From NCBI GenBank assembly GCA_965221605.1, contig CBDCSK010000004.1:209331-273330 (forward strand): a stretch of 64,000 nt of DNA, read 5' to 3'. This DNA is from Candidatus Aldehydirespirator sp. (GTDB taxonomy: Bacteria; Actinomycetota; Acidimicrobiia; Acidimicrobiales; Aldehydirespiratoraceae). A program made the position numbers and the translations under genes. Below are positions 44,252 through 52,914 of this stretch, piece after piece. The notes beneath the pieces are model-generated. The model was not told where the DNA came from. It made no database searches and saw only the letters and a list, made by a program, of their open reading frames with translations. Position 1 is the stretch's first letter. Each line of letters begins with the position of its first letter.

Positions 44252-44561
44252 AACCCAAGTCTAGGGTCCCCGGCTCCGCCAGGACTGCGCGTCACAGTGG
44301 CAGTCCCTGGAGCTGATTGGCCTCAGCCAACCCACCGCCTCTCCATCGGCGACACCAACATTCACCCGGCACTGCGCACTCCCTGCAAGCCAGCGACACA
44401 ACCGCATCGCAGCCCGAACCAAAAACCACGAGATGCATCGTCGTCGCCGCAGCGTTCGCGAGCGTTCCTCAGCGTTCCTGTGGCCCGCAGACCGCTCCAG
44501 CAGCGGCGTGTCAGCCCGCCAAATGTGGCGGACGCGCACACCTTGTGACCTCGGCGCGCTC

Positions 44562-44566
44562 TTTAG
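44562..44566. repeat. Target-site duplication TTTAG (left)
   Basis: TTTAG lies immediately outside the left IS1380 terminus. The same pentamer is at 46187-46191, immediately outside the right terminus. Confidence 0.8.
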
Positions 44567-46186
44567 CCTGAATCCACCGATGGGCTGGTCGGGGTGGGCT
44601 GGTCGGGGTGTTTGTGGGGGTGTTTGGCTGGTTGGGGTGCGGCGGGTGTTGTTGGGGCGTGTTGGGCCGGCGGTTGGGACTGGGCTGGTTTGTGGCGCTC
44701 AGGGGGGTGTGTTCTGGGTGGCGCCGGGCCCGGGGCTGGGGGTTCAGATGAGTTGGGGGAGGTTGCGGGTGTGTGTGAGCGCGGCGGTGAATTGGTGTGC
44801 CCAGGGCCAGTTGAGCGGGAGGCGGAGTTTGTGTCGGTGGCTGTGGTTGACGAGGCGTCCGGGCACGGCGAGCAGCCGCCGGCGGACGGTGGCGGCTGCG
44901 GTGAGCCGTTCGGGGTGCTGTGTGTGTCCGAGTCGTGCGGTCCAGCGGGTGAGGTTGTGGGCCAGCACGGCGCAGGCGAGGTGGGCGGCGTTGGCGAAGA
45001 ACCTTCCGGAGGGGCAGTGGGCGAGGCCGTTGTCTTTGAGGTCTCTGATGGCGAGCTCGACTCGGGCGTGGCCGCGGTGGTAGGCGTCGGCGGTTTCGGT
45101 GTCGAGGTCGTCTCTGTTCGTGATGAACGCGTGGTGGCGCCAGTCGGGCCACAGCTCGCGTTGGGGGCCTTCTGGGAGTCGGGTGCGGCGCACCACGAGG
45201 CGCAGCTTTCGGGGGCCACAGGGGTCGCGGCGGCTCGTTGTGATGGCGCACTCGGCGACCTGGGCTTCCCCGTCGGGGTAGGCGATCGGCGTCCAGGCGG
45301 TCTCGTCGATGCCGTCGATGGCTGCTTTGACTTTGGCGTTCTGTGGGATCGTGACCGACCAGCGGGCCTTGTATGTGTCGAGCTTTGCGATCAGCGCGTA
45401 GGAGAAGAACCCGGCGTCGGCGCGCACGGTGAGCTTCGTGCCCGGCGCGAGGCGTCCGAGGCGGGCCAGGGTCTCCGCGGCGAAGCGGACATGGCCGCGC
45501 TGGGAGGACCCCGACCGCATCCTGGCGTGGAGCACCTCGCCGGTGTCGTCCCGGGTCGCCGCCAGCGGGTGGTAGCCCCAAACCTTGGTGTGGCCGTAGG
45601 CCGCGCCCTGCTTGGACTTGCCGTGGACCTCACAGACCGTGGAGTCCAGATCCACCGTCATCTCCGCCGCTGCCGGCGCCGCGCCCGAAGACCACGCCCG
45701 GCTGAGCGCCAGCTCCAGGGCGCGGTCGAACTGGCGCACATGGCCCCAGGTGAAGGACCGCAGCCACGTCCCCAACGTCGACGGCGCCGCAGGCTCAAAG
45801 CCCAGCACCGCCGAAGCGGACCCGGCCCGCAGCCTGTCGGCGTCGCCGATGAACGAGCCGCCCACCAGCATCGACGCCACCACCGACAGCGCCTTCGCCC
45901 CGGACCCACGGCCCGCCGCGGGCGGGCGCACCGCATCGTCGATGAGCGCCTCCAAACCCAGCCGGCCCATCACCGTGCCCGCCAACAGCAGCCCCGCATC
46001 GGCCACCAGCGAAGCGTCGTCGAACACCGCCTCGATCCCGTCGATACCACCCGCTACGCTGCTCACAGGAAGTGCCTCCTCACATGGCCAGAATCACTGT
46101 TGACTCAAACAGCATTCTCCCATGTAAGGAGGCCTTTCCGGTGGACGCGCCAACCCCACAAACCTCACCGCGCCGGTGGATCCAGG
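44567..46186 (-). mobile_element. IS1380-family insertion sequence, complete (1620 bp)
   Basis: Terminal inverted repeats CCTGAATCCACCG (44567-44579) and the reverse complement of 46174-46186 (CCTGGATCCACCG), 12/13 matches. Single transposase ORF. 5-bp direct repeats flank the element. Confidence 0.9.
44744..46066 (-). CDS. IS1380-family DDE transposase
   Basis: 440 aa with ...DLDSTVCEVHGKSKQGAAYGHTKVWGYHPL..., ...VRADAGFFS... and ...ELAIRDLKDNGLAHCPSGRFFANAA.... Layout is typical of IS1380/DDE_Tnp_1-like enzymes. Confidence 0.85.
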   Translation of the reverse strand: MSSVAGGIDGIEAVFDDASLVADAGLLLAGTVMGRLGLEALIDDAVRPPAAGRGSGAKALSVVASMLVGGSFIGDADRLRAGSASAVLGFEPAAPSTLGTWLRSFTWGHVRQFDRALELALSRAWSSGAAPAAAEMTVDLDSTVCEVHGKSKQGAAYGHTKVWGYHPLAATRDDTGEVLHARMRSGSSQRGHVRFAAETLARLGRLAPGTKLTVRADAGFFSYALIAKLDTYKARWSVTIPQNAKVKAAIDGIDETAWTPIAYPDGEAQVAECAITTSRRDPCGPRKLRLVVRRTRLPEGPQRELWPDWRHHAFITNRDDLDTETADAYHRGHARVELAIRDLKDNGLAHCPSGRFFANAAHLACAVLAHNLTRWTARLGHTQHPERLTAAATVRRRLLAVPGRLVNHSHRHKLRLPLNWPWAHQFTAALTHTRNLPQLI

Positions 46187-46191
46187 TTTAG
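46187..46191. repeat. Target-site duplication TTTAG (right)
   Basis: See 44562-44566. Confidence 0.8.
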
Positions 46192-46914
46192 TGCAAGCGT
46201 GTGGCGGCCAACAAGCCTCACGGACGGACCGCAGGAACGCTCGTTACCCAATGGAGCCCCAACGACCGCCGACACTACCGGCCATCCCCCAACGCCGGAC
46301 CACGAACCCCGGCGCTTGACAATCACTAACGCACAGGAACGCAGCCCCGAATCACCGGGAACGCAACCCCTCAACGACCTGCCAGTACCCCCCTGCGTAG
46401 CACCGCGCGGGTCAACCGCTGCCGGTGCTGGCCCTTGTGGCGGCCGCCACACCGGGGCCTCGCCTCTAGCGGCTGATACATCGTCGGCACCTCCTTGCAA
46501 TTGTGCGGCTGTCTCGGCTGCCACAAACGGCCCCAGTCGGGTGTCTGGCCTGGGCCATCCGAGGGCCGCGTACGCGAACGTTCCTCGACCCTGCCGAGGA
46601 GGTGCATGGTGAAGCGGCCGGCTACCGGTGACCAAGCTCCGCATAGCCGGCATGCGGTGAGGACTCATCGCGGTCACTGTCGTGGGGATGCGGCGTGACC
46701 CTCGGTGCCAAGCTGTGCCTGAGCTATGCGAACATCTGTTTGTGACAGGAAGTCCACGGCTGTAACCTGTTTGGGCGGGCGGAGCCTTGGCGTCCTCTTC
46801 GAGGGTTCGGGCGACGGCGCACGAGCGAGATTCCTGGAACTCCGGCCGACTCAGGCTGGACGGGTTTGTAGGTATCGGTGTAGCACTGGCGATCGATGGG
46901 AGGAGTCGAGAGAG

Positions 46915-49900
46915 ATGAGGGTCTTTGTCTCGTCGGTCACGGACGGCTACGAGCAATACCGAGCGGCGGCGAGGGCTGCCATCGAAGCGTCGGGGCACGT
47001 GGCGGTCGTTATCGGGCTAAACCACCATGCTTCGCCCTCTTCGCCACGCGCGGGATGCTTCAGCGAGATCGAGGACAGCGATGTTCTGGTGTTGCTGCTC
47101 GGCAAGCGTTACGGAGATCTTCAGTCATCCGGCAAGTCGGCCACACACGAGGAGTGGGCGTATGCCCGAAGCATCGCCAAGAGGATCCTGGTCTTCGTAG
47201 AGGACGTGGAGGATCGAGAGGATGCTCAGCGGGACTTGTTGAGCGAGCTAGGAGGCTGGGTCGATGGCTCTTTGTGGAGCACATACGACGCTCCCACCGT
47301 CCTGATCACAGAGATTGTGAAGGCCTTGCGGGCACTGGAAGGAGATCGTGCTCCGGCGTCAGCCCTAGAGGCCGCTGAGAGGCTCCCTCCCGTTTGCCGT
47401 GAGCGTATCGAAGCACTACGCGCCGTGGATCCCAGTGCTGCCGATCTGCTTGTGGGCGTGCTGTCGGATCCCGCTTCGCGGCAGTCCGGTGCGCTGTCAC
47501 ATCTGGCCGACGATCCGCCCGGGTGGCTGGCAGGCGCGGGTCACACCGCCTGGGAGGCGATCAGCGGCTTTCTCGATGCCCACGGCCTTCCAGGCGCTGA
47601 TCCGATGCGGATGCAAGCAGTCGAGGCTGGCTCTCCACATAGCGGATTGCATTTGGTTCGGCAGGCGGTTGCCACAGCCGAAAACGGAGACAGCGAGCGC
47701 GCCGAGAATCTGCTGTCCCAAGTGCCCCCGGACCATCCTCTACTCGAAGCAGGGCGCGCTCATGCCAGAGGCACCCCTACATCTGCTGTAGAGGTGATCC
47801 GGGGTGCGCGGCTGCACGAGTCTGATGACGTGGATCTGGCGCGTTACAGCGTTGCCACACTTGTGTGGGCGTACTGGCTCCTACAGCGTCCCGAATCGGC
47901 TGTGGAAGTTCTGCGACAGGCAAGTCGGCGATTTCCCGATGGAGCTTGGATTCACTTGCAACAGGCGAACATGACGCTGGCCATGGTCGACCAAGTCGGC
48001 CTGGACTCATCCAACAGTCACGACTTGCTGAGCGAGGCAGCGGAACTTGCGCTGAAGTCTCGGGACTTGTTCCGGTCCTGGGACGGCCCCTCGCACCTCG
48101 CAGTCGTTATTGCCATGCAGGCACTCCTCGTTCTCGCCGATCCGCAGCGTGTCATCGATCTAGGACTGTCGGCCCCCACGGGCGAAGCGACGACCTCGGA
48201 AGCAGCCGATCCAGAGGTCCAAGGCAAGCTTGCTCACGCCTACTTGATGTTGGGGCGCTTCAGCGACGTAGACACGCTGAGACTCGATCGGATTGATCCG
48301 TCCGAGTCAGCTCTCATTCGGGCAATGCAGGCCCGCGGGCTTGATGATCCCTCTGCGCTCTCAAGGATGCGTCGGGCCGTCATTCAAGCTGATGATGTGC
48401 CCTCGCGCCGGGGAGCGCTATTGGGGCTCGCGCAGTTGGGTGAAGTTGACGCTGAGGAGATGTCGCGACTATCGCCAGCAGACAGTGCGCTCCTGAGCGG
48501 GGTGGCGGCGTTGAGCCAAGGTGACTATGCAGAGTCGACGAGGCTTCTCGAGCCGTACCATCTCGAATCGTCCATTCACGCCAGCTATCTCGCTCAGGCG
48601 CAACAGCAGGCTGGTGCTGTTGATGAAGCGATGGACACGCTGTTGGCGGCTGCCGCACGCTTCATGGTCGATTCCCTCTACGAACCTGCCGTCGTGTTGC
48701 TGATTGATCAAGGCAGGCTCGATGAGGCGGCGTCGATTGCAGCTGACGCGCAGGCTCGTAGTCCATCGCGCTCCGCCCGACATCGGTATGGAACCTTGCT
48801 GGCTGCCATAGCGGAGCGTCGTCAGGACTGGCAGGGAATGGAGTCCCATGCGCGAGCTGTGGTTCGGGAGTCGCCACAGGACAGCGAGACAGCGTGGGCC
48901 GTGGTGTATGCATTGCACCGACAGGTCAAGAATCAGGACGCGTGGGCGTACGTCGTAGCACATGACCTGGTCGCAACGAACGAAGAACTGGTCCGGCTGA
49001 CCGCAGCGGTTGGCTTCGCCGCCGATGCCTCGGAGGAAGATGCTGATCGTCTGCTCCAGATCGCAGAGACGTTCTCCGAGTCAGAGCATGCAGCCGGCTC
49101 TGCTCTCTTGGCGCTTATGGCGCGCGGCGACCGACTCAGATTGAGCGATGAGCAACGCGCAAGGCTCAGTGAACTCACCGAGGATTTTCTCGCACGCTAC
49201 CCAGAGAGCGACGTGTTCAGGACGTACTCGGGGGAGGCCGAGGAACTCGTCGAGATCATGACTGCCGACCAGCGAGAACGGGTCGAGCGTCTAACGCCGC
49301 TGCTCAATCGGGTCCGCCACGGACAGTTGCCCTACGGCGTGCTTCGACAGATCCGTGAATTGCCCTATGCAGAACTCTTGTTGTCCAGATCTGCGATGGA
49401 CATCACTGCCATCTCGGCGGATCAGTATCAGCGTGACCGAGAGCGGTGTGTCGTCAAGGAGGCTCTTGAGGGCACAGTCGCGGTGGACACGAGTGTAGTC
49501 GCACTTGGAATCCACTCGGAGCTTGACGTGGGACGTATGGGCACCGCGTTCGGCGATGTGCTGGTGGCCGACGAGTTGCTCATCGATGCTCGCATGGCGG
49601 TCGCTTCGGCCAGGCGTCTCGCAGACGGCGTCTTCGGCTACGACTCCGGGCTTGGTCAACCCACATTCTCGGAGATCGACGATCACCAACGAGCTGCGGC
49701 GAGAGAAAGAGCCGAGCGAGCTCTGGGAATGTTGAGCGGATGGAAATCAGTGAGGAGCGGTGATCTTCCGCCGCCACCAGAGATTGAAGAGGACCACTTA
49801 AGGCCATGGGATGCAGCGATTCGGGTGGCTCTCTCGAATGGATGCGCCTTATGGTGCGACGATCTCGCACTGCGCTGCTTGGCCCAGTCCGTGGGGGTCA

Positions 49901-50526
49901 ACGCCTTCGGAACATGGGCCCTCTTTGAGGTGCTGTCACCCGAAGATGAGTGGGCTTGGCTGCCAGAGACTGAGGAGATAAAGCTCCGTTTGCTCCGGGC
50001 TCAGATTACCGACGTCCCCATCTCTTTGCCGGAACTCTCGCAGCCAGGTGATACCGACGAAGAACCTGACATCGCAGCGCAACTCTTCCTGCGTCGCCCC
50101 TATGCGTGGAGCGAGAATCTGGCCCAGACCCATAACTGGTATCTCAGGCTCTTCCGCACTCTGGTCGGCGGGCCGCACCGGCAGTTGGCGCCGGGACTGC
50201 TGTACGCAGCTTCCTATGGGCTGGCGGCCGCCGTGGAGCCCTCAGAGCGGCAGGGGGCGATTGGCTCTCTTCTCGCATCAAGCTTGGCCGGCATTAGCGA
50301 TCCCGAACTGGTGCCGATTCTGCTCGCAGCTGCGAGGTATGCCGTCAGAGAGCTTGACCCTGCGGCTTCCTTGGACCCGTTGGAGGACACCGTTCGCCAT
50401 CTCCTCGCAGGCTGGGAACCCGCGTTCGGCGCTGGCCCGGCTGCCCAAGCTGTGAGGTGGCTGTTCTCGCGACTTGAGTCTGACGACCGACGCACTGTCA
50501 TGGCAATCGTACTGGGCAACAGGTAA
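46915..50526 (+). CDS. Large (1203 aa) DUF4062(TIR-like)-helical/TPR-like repeat-PIN-like domain protein; candidate defence/conflict effector
   Basis: ATG at 46915 preceded by GGGAGGAG. N-terminus MRVFVSSVTDGYEQYRAAARAAIEASGH...IEDSDVLVLLLGKRYGDL...SATHEEWAYARSIAKRILVFV matches the DUF4062 pattern. About 750 aa of Ala/Leu-rich helical repeats follow. C-terminus carries TVAVDTSVVALG, VLVADELLIDA and ALWCDDLALRCLAQSVGVNAFGT (PIN-like acidic motifs). Confidence 0.7.
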   Translation: MRVFVSSVTDGYEQYRAAARAAIEASGHVAVVIGLNHHASPSSPRAGCFSEIEDSDVLVLLLGKRYGDLQSSGKSATHEEWAYARSIAKRILVFVEDVEDREDAQRDLLSELGGWVDGSLWSTYDAPTVLITEIVKALRALEGDRAPASALEAAERLPPVCRERIEALRAVDPSAADLLVGVLSDPASRQSGALSHLADDPPGWLAGAGHTAWEAISGFLDAHGLPGADPMRMQAVEAGSPHSGLHLVRQAVATAENGDSERAENLLSQVPPDHPLLEAGRAHARGTPTSAVEVIRGARLHESDDVDLARYSVATLVWAYWLLQRPESAVEVLRQASRRFPDGAWIHLQQANMTLAMVDQVGLDSSNSHDLLSEAAELALKSRDLFRSWDGPSHLAVVIAMQALLVLADPQRVIDLGLSAPTGEATTSEAADPEVQGKLAHAYLMLGRFSDVDTLRLDRIDPSESALIRAMQARGLDDPSALSRMRRAVIQADDVPSRRGALLGLAQLGEVDAEEMSRLSPADSALLSGVAALSQGDYAESTRLLEPYHLESSIHASYLAQAQQQAGAVDEAMDTLLAAAARFMVDSLYEPAVVLLIDQGRLDEAASIAADAQARSPSRSARHRYGTLLAAIAERRQDWQGMESHARAVVRESPQDSETAWAVVYALHRQVKNQDAWAYVVAHDLVATNEELVRLTAAVGFAADASEEDADRLLQIAETFSESEHAAGSALLALMARGDRLRLSDEQRARLSELTEDFLARYPESDVFRTYSGEAEELVEIMTADQRERVERLTPLLNRVRHGQLPYGVLRQIRELPYAELLLSRSAMDITAISADQYQRDRERCVVKEALEGTVAVDTSVVALGIHSELDVGRMGTAFGDVLVADELLIDARMAVASARRLADGVFGYDSGLGQPTFSEIDDHQRAAARERAERALGMLSGWKSVRSGDLPPPPEIEEDHLRPWDAAIRVALSNGCALWCDDLALRCLAQSVGVNAFGTWALFEVLSPEDEWAWLPETEEIKLRLLRAQITDVPISLPELSQPGDTDEEPDIAAQLFLRRPYAWSENLAQTHNWYLRLFRTLVGGPHRQLAPGLLYAASYGLAAAVEPSERQGAIGSLLASSLAGISDPELVPILLAAARYAVRELDPAASLDPLEDTVRHLLAGWEPAFGAGPAAQAVRWLFSRLESDDRRTVMAIVLGNR

Positions 50527-50666
50527 ATGGACAGCCCCGGCCGAGGTCGGGACCGGGGCCGCTGCGGCGTCTCGAGGGAGATCACCGAGTTGAGTTGGCA
50601 TCGGTGGCGGCAGGCCGATGCGAGCATGACCGCCTCCGACGCGAGGCGGCTCAAGAACTGGAGGCC

Positions 50667-50694
50667 TGCGGTACCGCAACTGCGGTACCGCAAC
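50667..50694. promoter_or_regulatory. Two tandem 14-bp units (TGCGGTACCGCAAC x2), each containing the 10-bp palindrome GCGGTACCGC; possible recombinase/regulator binding sites near attR
   Basis: Read directly from the sequence. Located ~95 bp inside the island from the att core. Confidence 0.3.
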
Positions 50695-50788
50695 GCTCCA
50701 CTACGGGAAAGTGACAATAGAAGCAACATACCCAACCGTTCTGGGTTCCATTTATTGTTGTTGAACTGGGCCTTTATGATCTTGGTAC

Positions 50789-50807
50789 GTGGAGCTAAGG
50801 GGAATTG
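50789..50807. repeat. att core within the tRNA-Ala 3' end (copy of 40186-40204)
   Basis: GTGGAGCTAAGGGGAATTG is the reverse complement of the T-arm and acceptor 3' strand of the tRNA. Confidence 0.85.
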
Positions 50808-50862
50808 AACCCCTGACCTCTTCCATGCCATGGAAGCGCTCTACCAACTGAGCTATAGCCCC
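50790..50862 (-). tRNA. tRNA-Ala (anticodon GGC)
   Basis: Reverse complement: GGGGCTATAGCTCAGTTGGTAGAGCGCTTCCATGGCATGGAAGAGGTCAGGGGTTCAATTCCCCTTAGCTCCA. Cloverleaf folds. Anticodon loop is AT-GGC-AT. Has the G3:U70 identity pair. CCA is not encoded. Confidence 0.9.
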
Positions 50863-50905
50863 GAGGGTGCCGACAGGCTACCGGGTCCTGGTTGCGGGGA
50901 CGTGC

Positions 50906-51937
50906 CTAGGCGGCCCTGATCTCTTCGAGGATGGGCGCCCAACGCTCGGTGTCGCCCCGCACGCCAGCGTAGAACTGGAGCCGGTCGAGACTCCCGCCGA
51001 AGCGCTCGGCGATGCGGGCCGGCACGTCGTGGGGCTCGGCCACGACGGCGAAGGCGTCGAGCATCTCGTCGTCGATCACGTCGCCCATCTCCTTCCACAT
51101 CCCCTGCTTCGAAAGGCGGTTGAGCTCGGTCTGGGCGTCGCCCCAGCCGTGGTGCTCCAGCACCCCCCGGTACGCGGGCGTGGACCCGTAGAAGGCGATC
51201 TGCTCGCGGGTCCTGGCCGCTTGAGCGGAGACATCGTCCTCGTCGAACCCCGACACGACGAACACCGGCATGGAGATCTGGAAGTCGGAGCGGTCCCGCC
51301 CCGACTGGGCCAGCCCGGCGTGCACCTTGGGCAGCATCACGTCGCGCAGGTAGTCGGCGGTCTGGAAGCCGTGGCACACCAGGCCGTCAGCGGCCCGGCC
51401 CGCTACCTCTGTCATGAGCGGCCCCACGGCCGAGATCAGGATGGGCGGGGGCGGCACGTCGAGCGGGCCGGGGCTGAACATGGGTGTCATCAGCGTGTGG
51501 CGGTAGAAGTCGCCCCGGAAGTTGAGGCGCTCGCCGGTCTGCCAGGCCTCCCAGATGGCCCGGATCGCCTGAATCATCTCCTCCATGCGGGCCGCGGGCC
51601 TTGACCACGGCATGGAGAAGCGCTTGGTGATGTGGGCCTGGATCTGGCTGCCCAGCCCGAGCATGAACCGCCCCCCGGACATGGCCTGCAGGTCCCAGGC
51701 GACTTGCGCCAGCACCATGGGGTTGCGGGCGAAGCCCACCGCGATGGCGGTCATCAGGTCGAGGCGCTCAGTGTGCTCGGCGGCCAGAGCGAGGGGGAGG
51801 AACGGGTCGTGGCTGGTCTCAGCCGACATCAGCCCGCTGTAGCCCTCCTGTTCCATCGTCCGGGCCCGGGCGCCGATGTCGGCCGGCTGGTTGGGGCTGG
51901 AGGCCTCGGGCAGTCCGATCCAAGCGTCGATCTTCAT
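50906..51937 (-). CDS. Luciferase-like (LLM-class, probably F420-dependent) oxidoreductase
   Basis: 343 aa with GYSGLMSAETSHDPF, RFMLGLGSQ and a TIM-barrel LLM pattern. Confidence 0.8.
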   Translation of the reverse strand: MKIDAWIGLPEASSPNQPADIGARARTMEQEGYSGLMSAETSHDPFLPLALAAEHTERLDLMTAIAVGFARNPMVLAQVAWDLQAMSGGRFMLGLGSQIQAHITKRFSMPWSRPAARMEEMIQAIRAIWEAWQTGERLNFRGDFYRHTLMTPMFSPGPLDVPPPPILISAVGPLMTEVAGRAADGLVCHGFQTADYLRDVMLPKVHAGLAQSGRDRSDFQISMPVFVVSGFDEDDVSAQAARTREQIAFYGSTPAYRGVLEHHGWGDAQTELNRLSKQGMWKEMGDVIDDEMLDAFAVVAEPHDVPARIAERFGGSLDRLQFYAGVRGDTERWAPILEEIRAA

Positions 51938-52056
51938 TGGGGTCTCCTGGTGTCGGCTGCGCTCGCCGGGGCGGGAGCTACAGGATGCCCGGCCCCGCCG
52001 GCGTTCAGGCGGCGGGTGGGGTGATCGAGGCCCGGCGCCGCTACGTTGCGGTGCCG

Positions 52057-52776
52057 ATGGCCGACGTTACCGACGCGACATTCCAGGCCCAGGTGGTGGA
52101 CCGGTCCCGAACCGTCCCGGTGATCGTGGACCTGTGGGCTTCGTGGTGCGAGCCCTGCCGGCAGCTCACCCCCATCCTGGAGAGGGTCGTCGCCGGTACC
52201 AACGGCGCCGTCGAACTGGCCAAGGTCGACATCGAGGCGAACCCTGGTGTCGCCCAGGCCTTCCGGGTGCAGTCGATCCCCGCCGTCTACGCCATGGTGG
52301 ACGGTCAGGTCGCCGACGGGTTCCTGGGGGCCCAGAGCGAGGCCGCGGTGCGCGAGTTCGTGCAGCGGTTCGTGCCGACGCCGGAGATGTCGGAGGTGGA
52401 GAGGCTGATCGAGGCGGGCGATGAGGCCTCGCTGCGGGCCGCTCTCGAGATCGAGTCGGACAACCCGGATGCGGTGGCTGCTCTGGCTTCGCTGCTGATC
52501 GAGGCCGGCCGAGGCACCGAGGCGATGACCCTGCTGGAGAGGATCCCCGACACGCCCGAGGTGCGGCGCCTGATGGCGCTGGCCCGGGTGCTGGACTCAG
52601 ATACAGCTCCGGGGGATGCCACCCAGGACATCGAGGCCGAACTGGCCGCGCTATTGGCGGCGGTGAAGTCGGACGAGGAGGCTCGCCAGCGCTTCGTGGA
52701 CCTGCTGGAGGTGCTCGGCCCCGAAGACCCTCGCACCTCCGCCTGGCGTAAGCGCCTCTCCGCAGCCCTGTTCTGA
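52057..52776 (+). CDS. Thioredoxin-domain + TPR co-chaperone-like protein (YbbN/CnoX-like)
   Basis: Start at ATG 52057 (MADVTDATFQAQVVD). Thioredoxin fold with WASWCEPCRQL. The C-terminal helical TPR-like half ends RKRLSAALF. Confidence 0.8.
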   Translation: MADVTDATFQAQVVDRSRTVPVIVDLWASWCEPCRQLTPILERVVAGTNGAVELAKVDIEANPGVAQAFRVQSIPAVYAMVDGQVADGFLGAQSEAAVREFVQRFVPTPEMSEVERLIEAGDEASLRAALEIESDNPDAVAALASLLIEAGRGTEAMTLLERIPDTPEVRRLMALARVLDSDTAPGDATQDIEAELAALLAAVKSDEEARQRFVDLLEVLGPEDPRTSAWRKRLSAALF

Positions 52777-52914
52777 ATTCTCGGGCGCTCGGCCTCTTGC
52801 TCGGCTGGCGTCTTGACCGCGCCGCGCTTGCGAACTGAGTACCGCTAGCCTCACGGGCGGCTAGCCGGCCGCCTCCCGTGTCGGTCTGATTGCAAGCAGC
52901 GCGGGAGACACGGG

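Larger units (their letters stand above)
40186..50807. mobile_element. ~10.6-kb integrative genomic island inserted at the 3' end of tRNA-Ala(GGC)
   Basis: 19-bp perfect direct repeat GTGGAGCTAAGGGGAATTG at 40186-40204 and 50789-50807. The latter lies within the tRNA 3' end. Tyrosine integrase gene sits just inside the left repeat. Cargo is ORFan, TA-like and IS genes with lower GC by eye. Confidence 0.8.

Noticed and set aside
44594-46612. 672-aa plus-strand ORF covering the IS1380 element; its twin is 17..637
   Set aside because: It is antisense to a well-supported transposase gene and has a Gly/Arg/Pro-rich low-complexity translation. It also crosses the IS terminus into unrelated flank. 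This is a typical high-GC shadow ORF.
46165-46998. 277-aa minus-strand ORF between IS1380 and the DUF4062-PIN gene
   Set aside because: It runs across the IS terminus and TSD and overlaps the start of the large gene. It has no motif and an atypical composition, so it is most likely non-coding.
47080-47130. Walker-A-like string GDLQSSGKS in the N-terminus of the large island protein
   Set aside because: The spacing is G-x5-GKS rather than G-x4-GK[ST]. The string sits inside the DUF4062-type RYG...S.T.E motif. No Walker B or other NTPase features follow.
50527-50808. 93-aa plus-strand ORF between the large island gene and the tRNA
   Set aside because: It overlaps the att core and the tRNA 3' end, contains the tandem palindromic 14-mers, and has an AT-rich non-coding look near its end. 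It is more likely the regulatory or att arm region.
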